Below, one piece after another: positions 1 to 8,772 of a DNA stretch of 64,000 bases. The translations under genes were made by a program, and so were the position numbers. The notes below the pieces were generated by a model. That model made no database searches and was not told where the DNA came from. It saw nothing but the letters and a program-made list of their open reading frames with translations. This DNA is from an uncultured Bdellovibrionales bacterium (GTDB lineage: Bacteria > Patescibacteriota > Minisyncoccia > Moranbacterales > DUUL01), in contig CAYQVD010000004.1 of NCBI GenBank assembly GCA_964421125.1, positions 930 to 64,929 on the forward strand, given 5' to 3'. The stretch's first letter is position 1; each line of letters starts with the position of its first letter.

Positions 1-371
1 TACGGCAACAGTGCATCTTGTTGTGCCTTGTTCCAACGATGAATCTCATCAATAAAAAGAATTGTTTTTTTGCCTTCTTTTTGATCTTTAATAGCTTGAT
101 CAACAATTTCTAAAAGCATCTTTTTTCCACTAGTAACCGCACTGAGATGAACAAATTCAGAATTTGTTTTTTTAGCAATAATATTTGCCAATGTAGTCTT
201 TCCACTTCCTGGAGGTCCCCAAAAAATCATCGAGGGAACGTTGTCATTTTCAATCGCTTGTTTCAAAAAAGAACTCTTCCCCATTAATTCATCTTGACCA
301 ACAAAATCACTCAGCTTTTGAGGCCTGATCTTATCTGCAAGTGGTGAATTTTGTTGAATTTCTTGTTTCAT
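1..371 (-). CDS. rarA: Replication-associated recombination protein A (RarA/MgsA) AAA+ ATPase, N-terminal part; the 3' end of the gene runs off the window start
   Basis: The reverse-strand translation from ATG at 369-371 reads MKQEIQQNSPLADKIRPQKLSDFVGQDELMG...MIFWGPPGSGKTTLANIIAKK...HLSAVTSGKKMLLEIVDQA...ILFIDEIHRWNKAQQDALLP. It has the Walker A motif and the RarA-type N-terminus. Confidence 0.8.
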   Translation of the reverse strand, partial: MKQEIQQNSPLADKIRPQKLSDFVGQDELMGKSSFLKQAIENDNVPSMIFWGPPGSGKTTLANIIAKKTNSEFVHLSAVTSGKKMLLEIVDQAIKDQKEGKKTILFIDEIHRWNKAQQDALLP

Positions 372-477
372 ATGTATTATACTAACATTTCTAAACAATT
401 AATGCATTTTTAGACTTTTTTGTAAATAAAAAACCAAAATAATATATTCCGGTTTTCATAAAAATCTAATATAAATA

Positions 478-1692
478 CTATCTCAACGAAAGGCTCAGTT
501 TATTATGCGCGATACTTAAGAAAATTGAAAATACTGCCCCGAAAAGGAAAAGCCAATTAAGAGACAGGTAAAAAGACATTACCAGAACAATAGTTATCAT
601 AAAGATTCTCCCAAGAGAAAGTGAAATATTTCGAAAAATATTAAACTCATCAATAAGATGTTTTTGATCTTTTGCTTTTTCATAAATAAAAGTATCTAGT
701 GGAACTCGATAAAAAACCTGACTAATCCTATGAAAGGCATCTACTATAAAAACATGAAAAGCTGTTAAGACAAAAATCTTCAAAATCCAACAAATCGCAT
801 AAAAAATACCTCCAAATTTAAATAAACTATCTTGAAGTTTTCCTTTTTGATCAGCATACTTGCCTGCAATAAGTTGCATAATAATTGTCACCGCAACAAC
901 TAAAGTCGAAATAATACCAATTTTCAAATAATCTCCATTTAATAATTGAAAAATAAAAATTGGCCAAAGGATTCCCCCAATAATACCTTCTGCTCCATCT
1001 GCGAAGAAAATAGCTGCAGCAGTCCGGTTCTCTTTATTAAAAACTTTTTTAATTGTCTTTAGTCTTCCCCAACTAAATTTTTCCTTAGTTCTTGGCACAA
1101 AGATTAAAGGAATTATAGAAAGTGCAAAAACTAAAACTCCAACTAAGAACAAAAGATTAAAGCCATATTCAACAATAACAAGTCCTGCAACAATTGGAGT
1201 AATAATACTAATAATACTCAAAACTGAATCCATAAAACTCAATTCTTTTGCCCGATCCTTCTTACTTGTGAATTTTGCCATATCGACATTATAAGGAGTC
1301 CAGTATAAAAATCTCCAAAGACTAATTGAGACAATAATTAATGGAAGTAAATAAAAAAGATTATTCTCATTAAGAAAAAATAAACCTACATAAAAAAGAA
1401 CTGCAGCTAAAGCACTAAACCTCAACGCTCTTCTAAATCCAATCTTATTTAAAAGAGGAGATGCTACTAAAAGAAAAATTAAATAAACAAGGTAAGTTGC
1501 TAAATAGTAACCGGCAACCATTGCAACGTTTTCCTTAAAAATTGTATACAAAAAAATTGGCAAAAAGACTGCGAAAAGACCTGTGGCCACGCTTGAAATA
1601 ACTTGATTATAAAAAAGTGCCATAAATCCACGTGAAAGTTTTCCTTCAAAATATTTCACATGATGATGCGCAGAAGGAGTATGATAGTGCAT
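478..1692 (-). CDS. MFS-type polytopic membrane transporter
   Basis: 404 aa with about 12 hydrophobic segments and an MFS-like layout. Confidence 0.55.
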   Translation of the reverse strand: MHYHTPSAHHHVKYFEGKLSRGFMALFYNQVISSVATGLFAVFLPIFLYTIFKENVAMVAGYYLATYLVYLIFLLVASPLLNKIGFRRALRFSALAAVLFYVGLFFLNENNLFYLLPLIIVSISLWRFLYWTPYNVDMAKFTSKKDRAKELSFMDSVLSIISIITPIVAGLVIVEYGFNLLFLVGVLVFALSIIPLIFVPRTKEKFSWGRLKTIKKVFNKENRTAAAIFFADGAEGIIGGILWPIFIFQLLNGDYLKIGIISTLVVAVTIIMQLIAGKYADQKGKLQDSLFKFGGIFYAICWILKIFVLTAFHVFIVDAFHRISQVFYRVPLDTFIYEKAKDQKHLIDEFNIFRNISLSLGRIFMITIVLVMSFYLSLNWLFLFGAVFSIFLSIAHNKLSLSLR

Positions 1693-1723
1693 TTATTTTT
1701 TATTTTTACGAATTTAAAAAATG

Positions 1724-1796
1724 TGGGCCCGGCAGGGTTCGAACCTGCGACCAAGAGATTATGAGTCCCCTGCTCTACCACTGAGCTACGGGCCCG
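1724..1796 (-). tRNA. tRNA-Met (anticodon CAT; elongator Met, or lysidine-modified Ile2, cannot be distinguished)
   Basis: The reverse complement folds as a cloverleaf: GGGCCCG acceptor, GCTCAGTGGTAGAGC D-arm, CUCAUAA anticodon loop, GTTCGAA T-loop. Confidence 0.85.
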
Positions 1797-1880
1797 CTTG
1801 CCCAAATAACTAATATAATTATTGGAGCGGATTTCTGAAGAACTATAATTAAATATAATCAATTAAAAGACTTCAGTCAA

Positions 1881-2666
1881 TTACTCTTCCTCTAAAGACA
1901 AAGGATTTTTCGGTAAACTTTCCCAAAGTAAATCAAAAGTCAGTCTTTGAAGATCCACCAACTCTTTTGACTCAACAACAACTGCCATTTTTTCTTCCCA
2001 AGATGCAATCAGCATCTTGTTATTATAAATATTAATCTCTGGAGAAAAACTCATTTTATCTTCCGGTAAAAACCTTGTATCTCTCATTTCTTCTTGATTA
2101 CGTTTTGCTGTTTCAACAGAAAGCTTATTCTGTGGAATAATTGCTTTAATAAAAATCTTCTTTCCAGCTCTCCTTTTAAAATATTCCGGGAAAAATCCAG
2201 GTAATCCCTTATTCATCGTTTCTACATTAGCATAAGCCAAAATAATGTCTTTTGAAATTAATGTGTCTTCATATGCCTCTCTCATCCCCTTTTCTCCTTC
2301 AAAGAACTGAACTTTAGGCTTATTGGCTGAATAGATATTTTGTAAAGAAATCAACTGTGGCATCAATTCTGTCACTTTTTCTTTTTGTTTTTCTATTTTT
2401 TTAACACTTTCTTCTTTTTCCCTATCTAAATAGGTTACTAAATGTTTTGGATCAAGCGCATTAAAAAAAGTTGATGCGCCTTTTTTATACTTACTAATCA
2501 ACCCTCTCTGCAAAAGAGCATCACAAATATCATAGATAGTAGTCCTATTTAAGCCCGTTTTCCTTGATAAATCCTTAGCTTTCGCCGATCCTAACTCAAC
2601 TAAGCCCAAATAAACTTGGGTTTCTTTTTCTGAAAAATTAAGTTGTTTTAATAGTTTTTCTAGCAT
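1881..2666 (-). CDS. TrmB-like winged-HTH transcriptional regulator (paralog 1 of 6 in the window)
   Basis: The N-terminus ETQVYLGLVELGSAKAKDLSRKTGLNRTTIYDICDALLQRGLI matches the TrmB wHTH. The C-terminal domain is shared with the ORFs at 42634, 48558, 55687 and 63395. Confidence 0.7.
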   Translation of the reverse strand: MLEKLLKQLNFSEKETQVYLGLVELGSAKAKDLSRKTGLNRTTIYDICDALLQRGLISKYKKGASTFFNALDPKHLVTYLDREKEESVKKIEKQKEKVTELMPQLISLQNIYSANKPKVQFFEGEKGMREAYEDTLISKDIILAYANVETMNKGLPGFFPEYFKRRAGKKIFIKAIIPQNKLSVETAKRNQEEMRDTRFLPEDKMSFSPEINIYNNKMLIASWEEKMAVVVESKELVDLQRLTFDLLWESLPKNPLSLEEE

Positions 2667-2678
2667 ATTCTATTAATT

Positions 2679-2933
2679 TTACCCAATTAAATAAGCTTTG
2701 AGTCTCTTTTTGATAAACATCGTCCCGTGATAAGTTTTTAAATACTTTTCACGACGTGTAGCATCTTGTTGATTTAAACAGGCTTCATAATAAATCAATT
2801 TTAAAGGTCTTCTGTTTTTTGTAGAGTTAACTTCTCCTTTCACGTGCAACTCAAATCTTAATTTTAAATTTCTAGTATATCCAATATATCTTTTTCCATC
2901 TTTCTTACTTAAAAGTACATATACATAATACAT
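2679..2933 (-). CDS. GIY-YIG nuclease-family small protein
   Basis: 84 aa starting MYYVYVLLSKKDGKRYIGYTRNLKLRFELH, which matches GIY..YIG.T.NL..R...H. Confidence 0.75.
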   Translation of the reverse strand: MYYVYVLLSKKDGKRYIGYTRNLKLRFELHVKGEVNSTKNRRPLKLIYYEACLNQQDATRREKYLKTYHGTMFIKKRLKAYLIG

Positions 2934-3070
2934 ACCAGGGGGAATTTAAAATTATTTAATCGGGTGTTGTGGATATTACTTCGACAAAATAAGTATATTA
3001 AATAAAGGCTTAATTGTCAATTTTATTCACTTAATCAATGCACCCTCCGACATAATTTTACAATTTAGTA

Positions 3071-3107
3071 TATACTAATTTATTACGATGAAATAGTTTC
3101 ATTGTAA
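3071..3107 (+). promoter_or_regulatory. Putative -10 element (TATACT, 3071-3076) followed by the 25-bp near-perfect palindrome TTACGATGAAATAGTTTCATTGTAA (3083-3107). Candidate operator or leader hairpin for the 3145 cassette
   Basis: The palindrome is seen directly. Nearly the same 40 nt recur at 43571-43610. A related GTTAC-N17-GTAAC motif occurs at 56603-56629 and 8702-8728. Confidence 0.45.
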
Positions 3108-3144
3108 TGATAAACAAACAAGTTCTTTAAAAAAGGAGAAAACA

Positions 3145-3837
3145 ATGAATATTCTCATTATCGAAGATAACGAAAATCATATTGAAGATGCAAAAGCAAT
3201 TTTTGGCGAAAACATTGAAATTGCAAAAAACTTGGATGAAGCATGGGAAAAGTTAAGAAAAAATGAATACGATGGAGTAATTTCCGATATATTCTTCTCA
3301 AAGGGAGAATGTAAATCAATTTTTTCTGATGAACACCCAGATTTTGACATCATCACAAGCATGCAATGCCAATATATCCTTGCTGGATATGGAGCAGAAA
3401 ATGATTATGCATTGGGCGCAGATGCTGACGCAAGAGAGTGGTGGATAAAAGTTCTCAGGGAAGTTGAAAAGTGGAATGGATTCAGTGGATATGAACTTCC
3501 TCCAGCAGGGGTCTTGGTTCTCAATCACTGTATCAAACACAACATCCCGATCGTGATGAACACAGACATCAAACATCATGGCTTATCAATTGCTCCAGTT
3601 GAAAGATTATGCATAAACCTCCAAATCCCCGTTATTTGCGAATACGAAGGGAAAAAGCAGTGGAAAGAAGCTCTTGAATATCTCAAAGAAGAACTTCATC
3701 CAGATACAGAAACCATTGCTCACCGCCAAAAACGCCGATCAGAGAAATATGAAACCAAAAATTCTTACAATGGAGGAATTAGAATGAACATATTAAGACA
3801 CCTAATAGAAAGAGAGAAAGAAATTGATTTCTCCTAA
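3145..3837 (+). CDS. Receiver (CheY-like) domain protein with a C-terminal extension; orphan, no kinase nearby
   Basis: MNILIIEDNENH..., ...YDGVISDIFF (Asp-pocket position), ...IPIVMNTD. There is an RBS AAGGAGAA upstream. Confidence 0.6.
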   Translation: MNILIIEDNENHIEDAKAIFGENIEIAKNLDEAWEKLRKNEYDGVISDIFFSKGECKSIFSDEHPDFDIITSMQCQYILAGYGAENDYALGADADAREWWIKVLREVEKWNGFSGYELPPAGVLVLNHCIKHNIPIVMNTDIKHHGLSIAPVERLCINLQIPVICEYEGKKQWKEALEYLKEELHPDTETIAHRQKRRSEKYETKNSYNGGIRMNILRHLIEREKEIDFS

Positions 3838-3838
3838 A

Positions 3839-3961
3839 CATCCGGGAAGTTGCAAAACATTGCGACTTCCCAATTCTCTCGGCTTTATTTGAATTGTTCA
3901 AGCGAGCCCGAGTAGAATTAAAGAATGTACTTTAAAAACTGAATATATAAAGGAGATAGAA
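3839..3961 (+). repeat. Intercistronic structured repeat copy R1 (~110 nt): hairpin GGGAAGTTGC..GCGACTTCCC, then a CTCGG..CCGAG stem, then A-rich spacer and RBS
   Basis: About 108 nt are nearly identical to 4313-4420. A diverged copy with compensatory stem changes lies at 57058-57181. Confidence 0.7.
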
Positions 3962-4303
3962 ATGACTAATGGAACTTTATTATTAGTAAGTGACAAAGAA
4001 AAAGAAATTGCAATTAACGAATTATTAGACTGCGTCGGTAAAATTACAACTGCTAAAAACAAGTTCCGTGCGCAGGAACTTCTTGAAAAAAATAATTTCA
4101 GTTTAGTAATAACTGGAAATGAAGAGTGGATGATTCGTATCGCCGGAAAAGCACTAGATCGAGAAACTCCTAAAATCATTGTATTTGAAAAATCGAAGAC
4201 TTGGCTGGGAGGATCCATTTTAGGTAAAACAGCAGGGATAGGAAAAATTCTTTGTAAAGAAAAAATGAGTTACAAAGAAGCATTGGAATTATTTCCTAAA
4301 TAA
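3962..4303 (+). CDS. Small pseudo-receiver-like protein (113 aa), hypothetical
   Basis: TLLLVSDKEKE...FSLVITGNEEW...PKIIVFEKSK resembles the receiver fold but lacks the phospho-acceptor Asp. The ORF is flanked by R1 and R2. Confidence 0.5.
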   Translation: MTNGTLLLVSDKEKEIAINELLDCVGKITTAKNKFRAQELLEKNNFSLVITGNEEWMIRIAGKALDRETPKIIVFEKSKTWLGGSILGKTAGIGKILCKEKMSYKEALELFPK

Positions 4304-4312
4304 TCACAAAAC

Positions 4313-4431
4313 CCGGGAAGTTGCAAAACATTGCGACTTCCCAATTCTCTCGGCTTTATTTGAATTGTTCAAGCGAGCCCGAGTAGAATTAAAGAATGTA
4401 CTTTAAAAACTGAATATATAAGGAGTGGGAA
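4313..4431 (+). repeat. Intercistronic structured repeat copy R2; followed only by an 8-codon ORF remnant (MKYIRLSL*)
   Basis: Direct repeat of R1, including the RBS and start-codon context. Confidence 0.7.
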
Positions 4432-4560
4432 ATGAAATATATACGTTTAAGCTTATAGGGAGAGATAAATGAAAAGCATGCTCACCATACCTTCTTATTT
4501 ATAAGGATACATGGAGATAACGAAATATTAGTACCATATGAAATATCTTTAGAGAAAAAA

Positions 4561-4743
4561 ATGGTTTCTGCGGCTCATTATTTACATTATAATTTGTCCT
4601 TAGAGAAAAATGAAAGCGTTGAGATTAACTGTGACATATATTTCCTTCTTGATAATGGCAAAGCAATAAAAGAATATCTCGAAAAAATGGGAATAAAGGT
4701 GACAATGAAGTTACCAAAACAAACTACTTTCTATTCTCGTTAA
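4561..4743 (+). CDS. Hypothetical small protein (60 aa)
   Basis: ORF closed by a terminator-like hairpin; no recognisable domain. Confidence 0.3.
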   Translation: MVSAAHYLHYNLSLEKNESVEINCDIYFLLDNGKAIKEYLEKMGIKVTMKLPKQTTFYSR

Positions 4744-4750
4744 ATCAAAA

Positions 4751-4784
4751 GGCAACGATCAAACCTGATCACTGCCTTTTTTCT
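4751..4784 (+). terminator. Rho-independent terminator-like hairpin with T-tract
   Basis: GGCAACGATCA..TGATCACTGCC stem (two internal mismatches) followed by TTTTTTC. Confidence 0.45.
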
Positions 4785-5049
4785 TTGGTTTTTTTGTTTT
4801 TATAATCCTCAAACTTTATAAAGTTTGTCAATTTAACAAAACCTTACAAAGTTTCATTATTTTCTTAATAATTTCAACTCTATATAAATTACAAAAGATA
4901 AACCGTCAATATGTGACCTGCCTTAGAAATCTATCCTCAATAAAACAAGAAATTATTTGATTAACAAGCCAATGTCAATACTTCTTTCACATAATATTTC
5001 CCTTTGATCTTTTCTTCTTCCTTTCTTTTTTTTATTTTTCTTTAATTTT

Positions 5050-5331
5050 CTATATCTTCAAATCCGAATATTCTCGCAGAGTTTTTAGTGTCGCTTGCAC
5101 TGTCTCGTTTTCCGCGTTTAAAAGTTTTACGTTTTTGAATTTTTCGGCAATTTTTGTGATCACTTCATCTGCCCAAGATGGAGCAATGACTTTTACACCA
5201 GAAAAATCAATTTCAATTTCTTCGTCTTCTTTGAGATCTTTTAAATTATAAGCAGAGATTGCCAAAAATGCCTCTCTTCCAGCCGGACGAGAGACTAAGA
5301 CGTCACCAATTTTTTTAAGTTCAATTCTCAT
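5050..5331 (-). CDS. STAS-like (DUF4325-type) small protein; putative anti-sigma-antagonist-like partner
   Basis: 93 aa; ...VLVSRPAGREAFLAISAY...IEIDFSGVKVIAPSWADEVI... resembles STAS/DUF4325. It sits 4 bp downstream of the GHKL ATPase gene. Confidence 0.5.
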   Translation of the reverse strand: MRIELKKIGDVLVSRPAGREAFLAISAYNLKDLKEDEEIEIDFSGVKVIAPSWADEVITKIAEKFKNVKLLNAENETVQATLKTLREYSDLKI

Positions 5332-5335
5332 AAAA

Positions 5336-5938
5336 TTATAAAGTTATTATTGCTAAGCATCCTTCAATATTTTCCGCATTTTTTTCTATTTTCATTTGAT
5401 CATTAAGCTCCGCTCTAGCAGTTCCACTAAAAAAGTTTAAATGCATTTTTTTGTTTTTTATATTTTCCCTTACAAATTTTAAGCCATTGCCACGTTTTTC
5501 TGGTGCTCGTCCGGAAATTCTTTCTGTAAAAGCAACTTTCAATGCCTCTTGGTCATTTTCTATTTCCGATTTTACTTTTTTAAGCGTGCTAAAAATTCCC
5601 TGACCTCTATCAGCTAAAATTATTTCCACTTTATCCTCAGAAAAAAAATAACTAAAAAATATTCCAGGAATATCTTTCCAGTTTCCGATATTATGATCAA
5701 AAGAATTATTGGCAATTTCACCAACCACAGCAGAAACAATTGAAGCATCCTCTTCTCTTTTTTCAAAAAGATTCTTAATCATTTGATTGAACCTTACCTC
5801 AAAAACATCTCTTGTAGAACAGTAAAATTCACCAACAACATTAATCTTACCAGCCTCAGCCATTATCCATTCATAAGCTACTTTTTCTTGTGAATTTTCC
5901 ATACTTTGATTATAAACTATCCGAAAACTAAAAGTCAA
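5336..5938 (-). CDS. GHKL-family ATPase (HATPase_c), anti-sigma regulatory factor / Ser-protein-kinase-like
   Basis: N-box-like GEIANNSFDHN and G1-box ADRGQGI; 200 aa. Confidence 0.6.
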   Translation of the reverse strand: MTFSFRIVYNQSMENSQEKVAYEWIMAEAGKINVVGEFYCSTRDVFEVRFNQMIKNLFEKREEDASIVSAVVGEIANNSFDHNIGNWKDIPGIFFSYFFSEDKVEIILADRGQGIFSTLKKVKSEIENDQEALKVAFTERISGRAPEKRGNGLKFVRENIKNKKMHLNFFSGTARAELNDQMKIEKNAENIEGCLAIITL

Positions 5939-5945
5939 AAATTTT

Positions 5946-7445
5946 TTATTTCACGTAATACTTCCCTTTTGTCTCTTCTTCTTCCTTTTTCTGTTCTTCT
6001 TTGATTTTCTTTTTTGCTAGGAACCGAAGAGATTGCAAATCTTCTTTTCGAAGTTCTTCCACTCGCTTCATTAATCCTTCCTTTTCATTCAGCTCTGGCT
6101 TCTCAATCACTTCTGCCAAAAGCACATCCAGGATTGCACCAATTTCTCGACTCGGTTTAAAATTCATTTCAGTAATCATAATATCTCCATTAAGCTTTAG
6201 TTGCTTAACAGAAATCGGATCCTTAGAAACTTTCTCTACCATATATTTAAAATGTCGAAGTCGGTACGGCACCGCCTTTGGCACACCACTTCCTAATCGA
6301 TCTGCAATTCTAACATCAATCAAGTCATTAATATTTTCTAATCCCACTTTTCGAATCACTTTTCGCACTCCCGCTTCACCAACTTCATCCACATTATAAT
6401 AAAACATATGATTTTTCACTAATAAAACGGTTTTTTCAATAATTTTCCGTGGATATTTCATTCTATTCATAATTCGATCCACAATTTTTGCTCCTCCATA
6501 TTCATGTCCATAAAAAGTTGCCATTTCCCCTTCTCCTCTTTTTGAATTTGGTTTTCCAATATCATGAAAAAAAGATGCTAACCGCACTTCCAATTTTTCT
6601 GATGGACATTTCTTAAGACTTGCCAACATATGTGCATAAACCGTGTTGTATGGACCATAATAATGATGACGATTTTGTTTCACACCAATTGTTTCAATCA
6701 CTTCTGGAATAAATTGATCCATTAATTTACTTTTAATCAACAACTCAACTCCCTTGCTTGGATTTTGAGAAATAATAATTTTATCAAATTCATCCCGAAT
6801 CCGCTCTTGTGAAATATGTTGCAAGTTTTTTGAATTTTTTTCAATTGACACAAATGTCTTCTTTTCAATCTCAAATCCGATTTGAACTGAAAATCGAATC
6901 GCTCGCATCATTCGAAGCGCATCTTCATTGAATCGCTCATCTGGCTCACCAACCGCTCGAATAACTTTGCTCTCTAAGTCTTTTTGTCCATTAAACAGAT
7001 CAACAATCTCTTTTTGATTCCCTTTCTCATCCAATTCAATTGCCATTGCATTTACTGTGAAATCCCTTCGACTCAAATCTTCTTCTAAAGTTTCTGCAAA
7101 CTGCACTTCATCTGGATGACGCTTATCTGAATAAGTCGATTCAATTCGATAAGTAGTTATTTCAATATTTGGCCCATCAACAGTTTCTTCTTGCTCTGTT
7201 TTAATATATTTTAAAGGAACCATTACTGTTCCAAAACTATTTTCGTATTTCCCATCTGGAATTATTTTCAATAGCTCTTCTGGTTTAGCATTCGTTGTAA
7301 CATCCCAGTCTTTTGGCTCCCCTCCCAACAACAAATCACGCACACAACCACCAACTAGATATGATTCAAATCCAGCTTTTTTAATTTTATTCATAATAAT
7401 CAACACCGATTCCGATATTTTTTGACTTTTCATCAGGTTATCCAC
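5946..7445 (-). CDS. cca: CCA-adding tRNA nucleotidyltransferase / poly(A) polymerase family with C-terminal HD domain
   Basis: GFESYLVGGCVRDLLLGGEPKDWDVTT nucleotidyltransferase head; HD-like HDIGK further downstream. Confidence 0.8.
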   Translation of the reverse strand: MDNLMKSQKISESVLIIMNKIKKAGFESYLVGGCVRDLLLGGEPKDWDVTTNAKPEELLKIIPDGKYENSFGTVMVPLKYIKTEQEETVDGPNIEITTYRIESTYSDKRHPDEVQFAETLEEDLSRRDFTVNAMAIELDEKGNQKEIVDLFNGQKDLESKVIRAVGEPDERFNEDALRMMRAIRFSVQIGFEIEKKTFVSIEKNSKNLQHISQERIRDEFDKIIISQNPSKGVELLIKSKLMDQFIPEVIETIGVKQNRHHYYGPYNTVYAHMLASLKKCPSEKLEVRLASFFHDIGKPNSKRGEGEMATFYGHEYGGAKIVDRIMNRMKYPRKIIEKTVLLVKNHMFYYNVDEVGEAGVRKVIRKVGLENINDLIDVRIADRLGSGVPKAVPYRLRHFKYMVEKVSKDPISVKQLKLNGDIMITEMNFKPSREIGAILDVLLAEVIEKPELNEKEGLMKRVEELRKEDLQSLRFLAKKKIKEEQKKEEEETKGKYYVK

Positions 7446-7516
7446 AACTAGTTAATCCTTTAAATAAAGGTTTACATAATAATAGTACACTATCCACAGA
7501 TTATCAACTTATTTGT
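7441..7516 (+). promoter_or_regulatory. DnaA-box module copy 1: TTATCCACA ... CTATCCACAGATTATCAAC
   Basis: Two consensus-like DnaA boxes about 50 bp apart. The whole ~75-bp module recurs at 9221-9300. Confidence 0.55.
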
Positions 7517-8548
7517 TTATAACTCTTCCTCCTTATTATCAACATCCTCCTTTTTAACAGACAAAAGATCTGGATATTCAATCGCCATTTGAGTAAACTT
7601 ATCTATTTGATAAACCTCGTTCACTTCAACTTGAAAAATAATATCATTAAAATCATGTTTCATCTGATTTATCAACCCTCTTAACGCTTTTCGATCCTTA
7701 ATTTCAATATCCAACATAAGTTGCCAATTCCCCATCACTTTCACATAATTAACAATATTTGGATGTTTCACACAAAATTGATACAAAGACTCCACTTTTT
7801 CTTTGTTAAATTGTTTTATCTTAAATAAAACTCGAAACATTCTTAATCCAATAGATTGATAGTTTAAAGTAAATGTTGTTTTTGTAATAATTCCCTTTTT
7901 AATCATTTTTGTATAACTCCTATGAACAACCCCTGTTGTCACGCCCAAAACCTTTGCCATTTCTGAAAACTCCATTCTCCCATCAATTTGAAGAAGTGAA
8001 ATAATTTTTTGATCTAATTCTGACAGTTTCACTACCTTTTTAAATCCCCCTGAAACACTAACGCTTTCTTCTTCGTTTTCTTTATTAAGAAAATACGATC
8101 GAGGAAATTTCAAAAATCCCAATCCAACCACAATCTCACTCATTGTGATGTATTTACCAAATTCACCAAAAACCTCTTGAAGAATTTTATTGTGACTAAA
8201 AACATCTTGGGCAATGATTGCAATAAAAGCATCTGCATAGCCATCACATCGAAAAATAATTGGGATATACTTATTTTCTTTTAATTTCAAAAACATCGCA
8301 TCTTGTTGATCTTTAGTGAGACCACTAAATTTCAACCAATATCCCCAAAAAAATGAATATCCCACTCGATCATAATCAATAAAAGCCCAAAAATGCTTAA
8401 TAACCTCTTCATCCCTAAATCTTGCCATATGATACTTTACTACTTGTGGAGAAGTTTTAATATTTCTAGCTATTTTTGAATAACTAGCTCTTCCATCTTT
8501 TTCAAGCTCAAATAGTATTTTTTTGTCTAAATCTGTTAATTTAACCAT
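7517..8548 (-). CDS. Tandem-duplicated Lrp/AsnC-type wHTH regulator (two HTH_AsnC-like modules in one 343-aa protein)
   Basis: The first module LDKKILFELEKDGRASYSKIARNIKTSPQVVKYHMARF is repeated as LDQKIISLLQIDGRMEFSEMAKVLGVTTGVVHRSYTKM. Confidence 0.55.
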   Translation of the reverse strand: MVKLTDLDKKILFELEKDGRASYSKIARNIKTSPQVVKYHMARFRDEEVIKHFWAFIDYDRVGYSFFWGYWLKFSGLTKDQQDAMFLKLKENKYIPIIFRCDGYADAFIAIIAQDVFSHNKILQEVFGEFGKYITMSEIVVGLGFLKFPRSYFLNKENEEESVSVSGGFKKVVKLSELDQKIISLLQIDGRMEFSEMAKVLGVTTGVVHRSYTKMIKKGIITKTTFTLNYQSIGLRMFRVLFKIKQFNKEKVESLYQFCVKHPNIVNYVKVMGNWQLMLDIEIKDRKALRGLINQMKHDFNDIIFQVEVNEVYQIDKFTQMAIEYPDLLSVKKEDVDNKEEEL

Positions 8549-8701
8549 TTTTCGATATTAATTTCACTAAATTTACAAAAATAACTGTTTTTAAAAACTT
8601 ATTATTTTTAAATAATTCTATTTTAATAACATCTTACACTACTTTTTAAAACTAATCAACAAAACTATTGAAATATTATCTATTCTATGCTATTATATCT
8701 C

Positions 8702-8728
8702 GTTACGATAAAATAGGTTCAAAGTAAC
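8702..8728 (+). promoter_or_regulatory. GTTACGATAAAATAGGTTCAAAGTAAC leader palindrome (family of 3083, 43586, 56603) upstream of the ORF at 8773
   Basis: GTTAC-N17-GTAAC preceded by TATTATAT; the downstream GAAAATTGAATAAAAGGAGAGGGAAATG is also conserved with the 43658 leader. Confidence 0.45.
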
Positions 8729-8772
8729 AACTTAAAGGAAGTTCATTGAAAATTGAATAAAAGGAGAGGGAA

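Noticed and set aside
1656-1862. 68-aa ORF on the minus strand
   Set aside because: It completely overlaps tRNA-Met (1724-1796). Its amino-acid sequence (…RARSSVVEQGTHNLLVAGSNPAGP…) is just the tRNA read as protein.
4432-4458. 8-codon ORF MKYIRLSL* after repeat copy R2, as a real micro-peptide gene
   Set aside because: It is best explained as the truncated remnant of a cassette gene that once followed the duplicated intercistronic element. It has no conservation and is extremely short.
6001-6399. Antisense ORFs inside larger genes (6001-6399, 18078-18479, 21352-21801, 46152-46751, 48016-48360, 40917-41180, 27155-27415 and others)
   Set aside because: They are embedded opposite well-supported genes (cca, secreted proteins, LysM-CHAP, comM, infB). 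They have Ser/Leu/Phe-rich low-complexity translations typical of AT-rich antisense frames, and no RBS.
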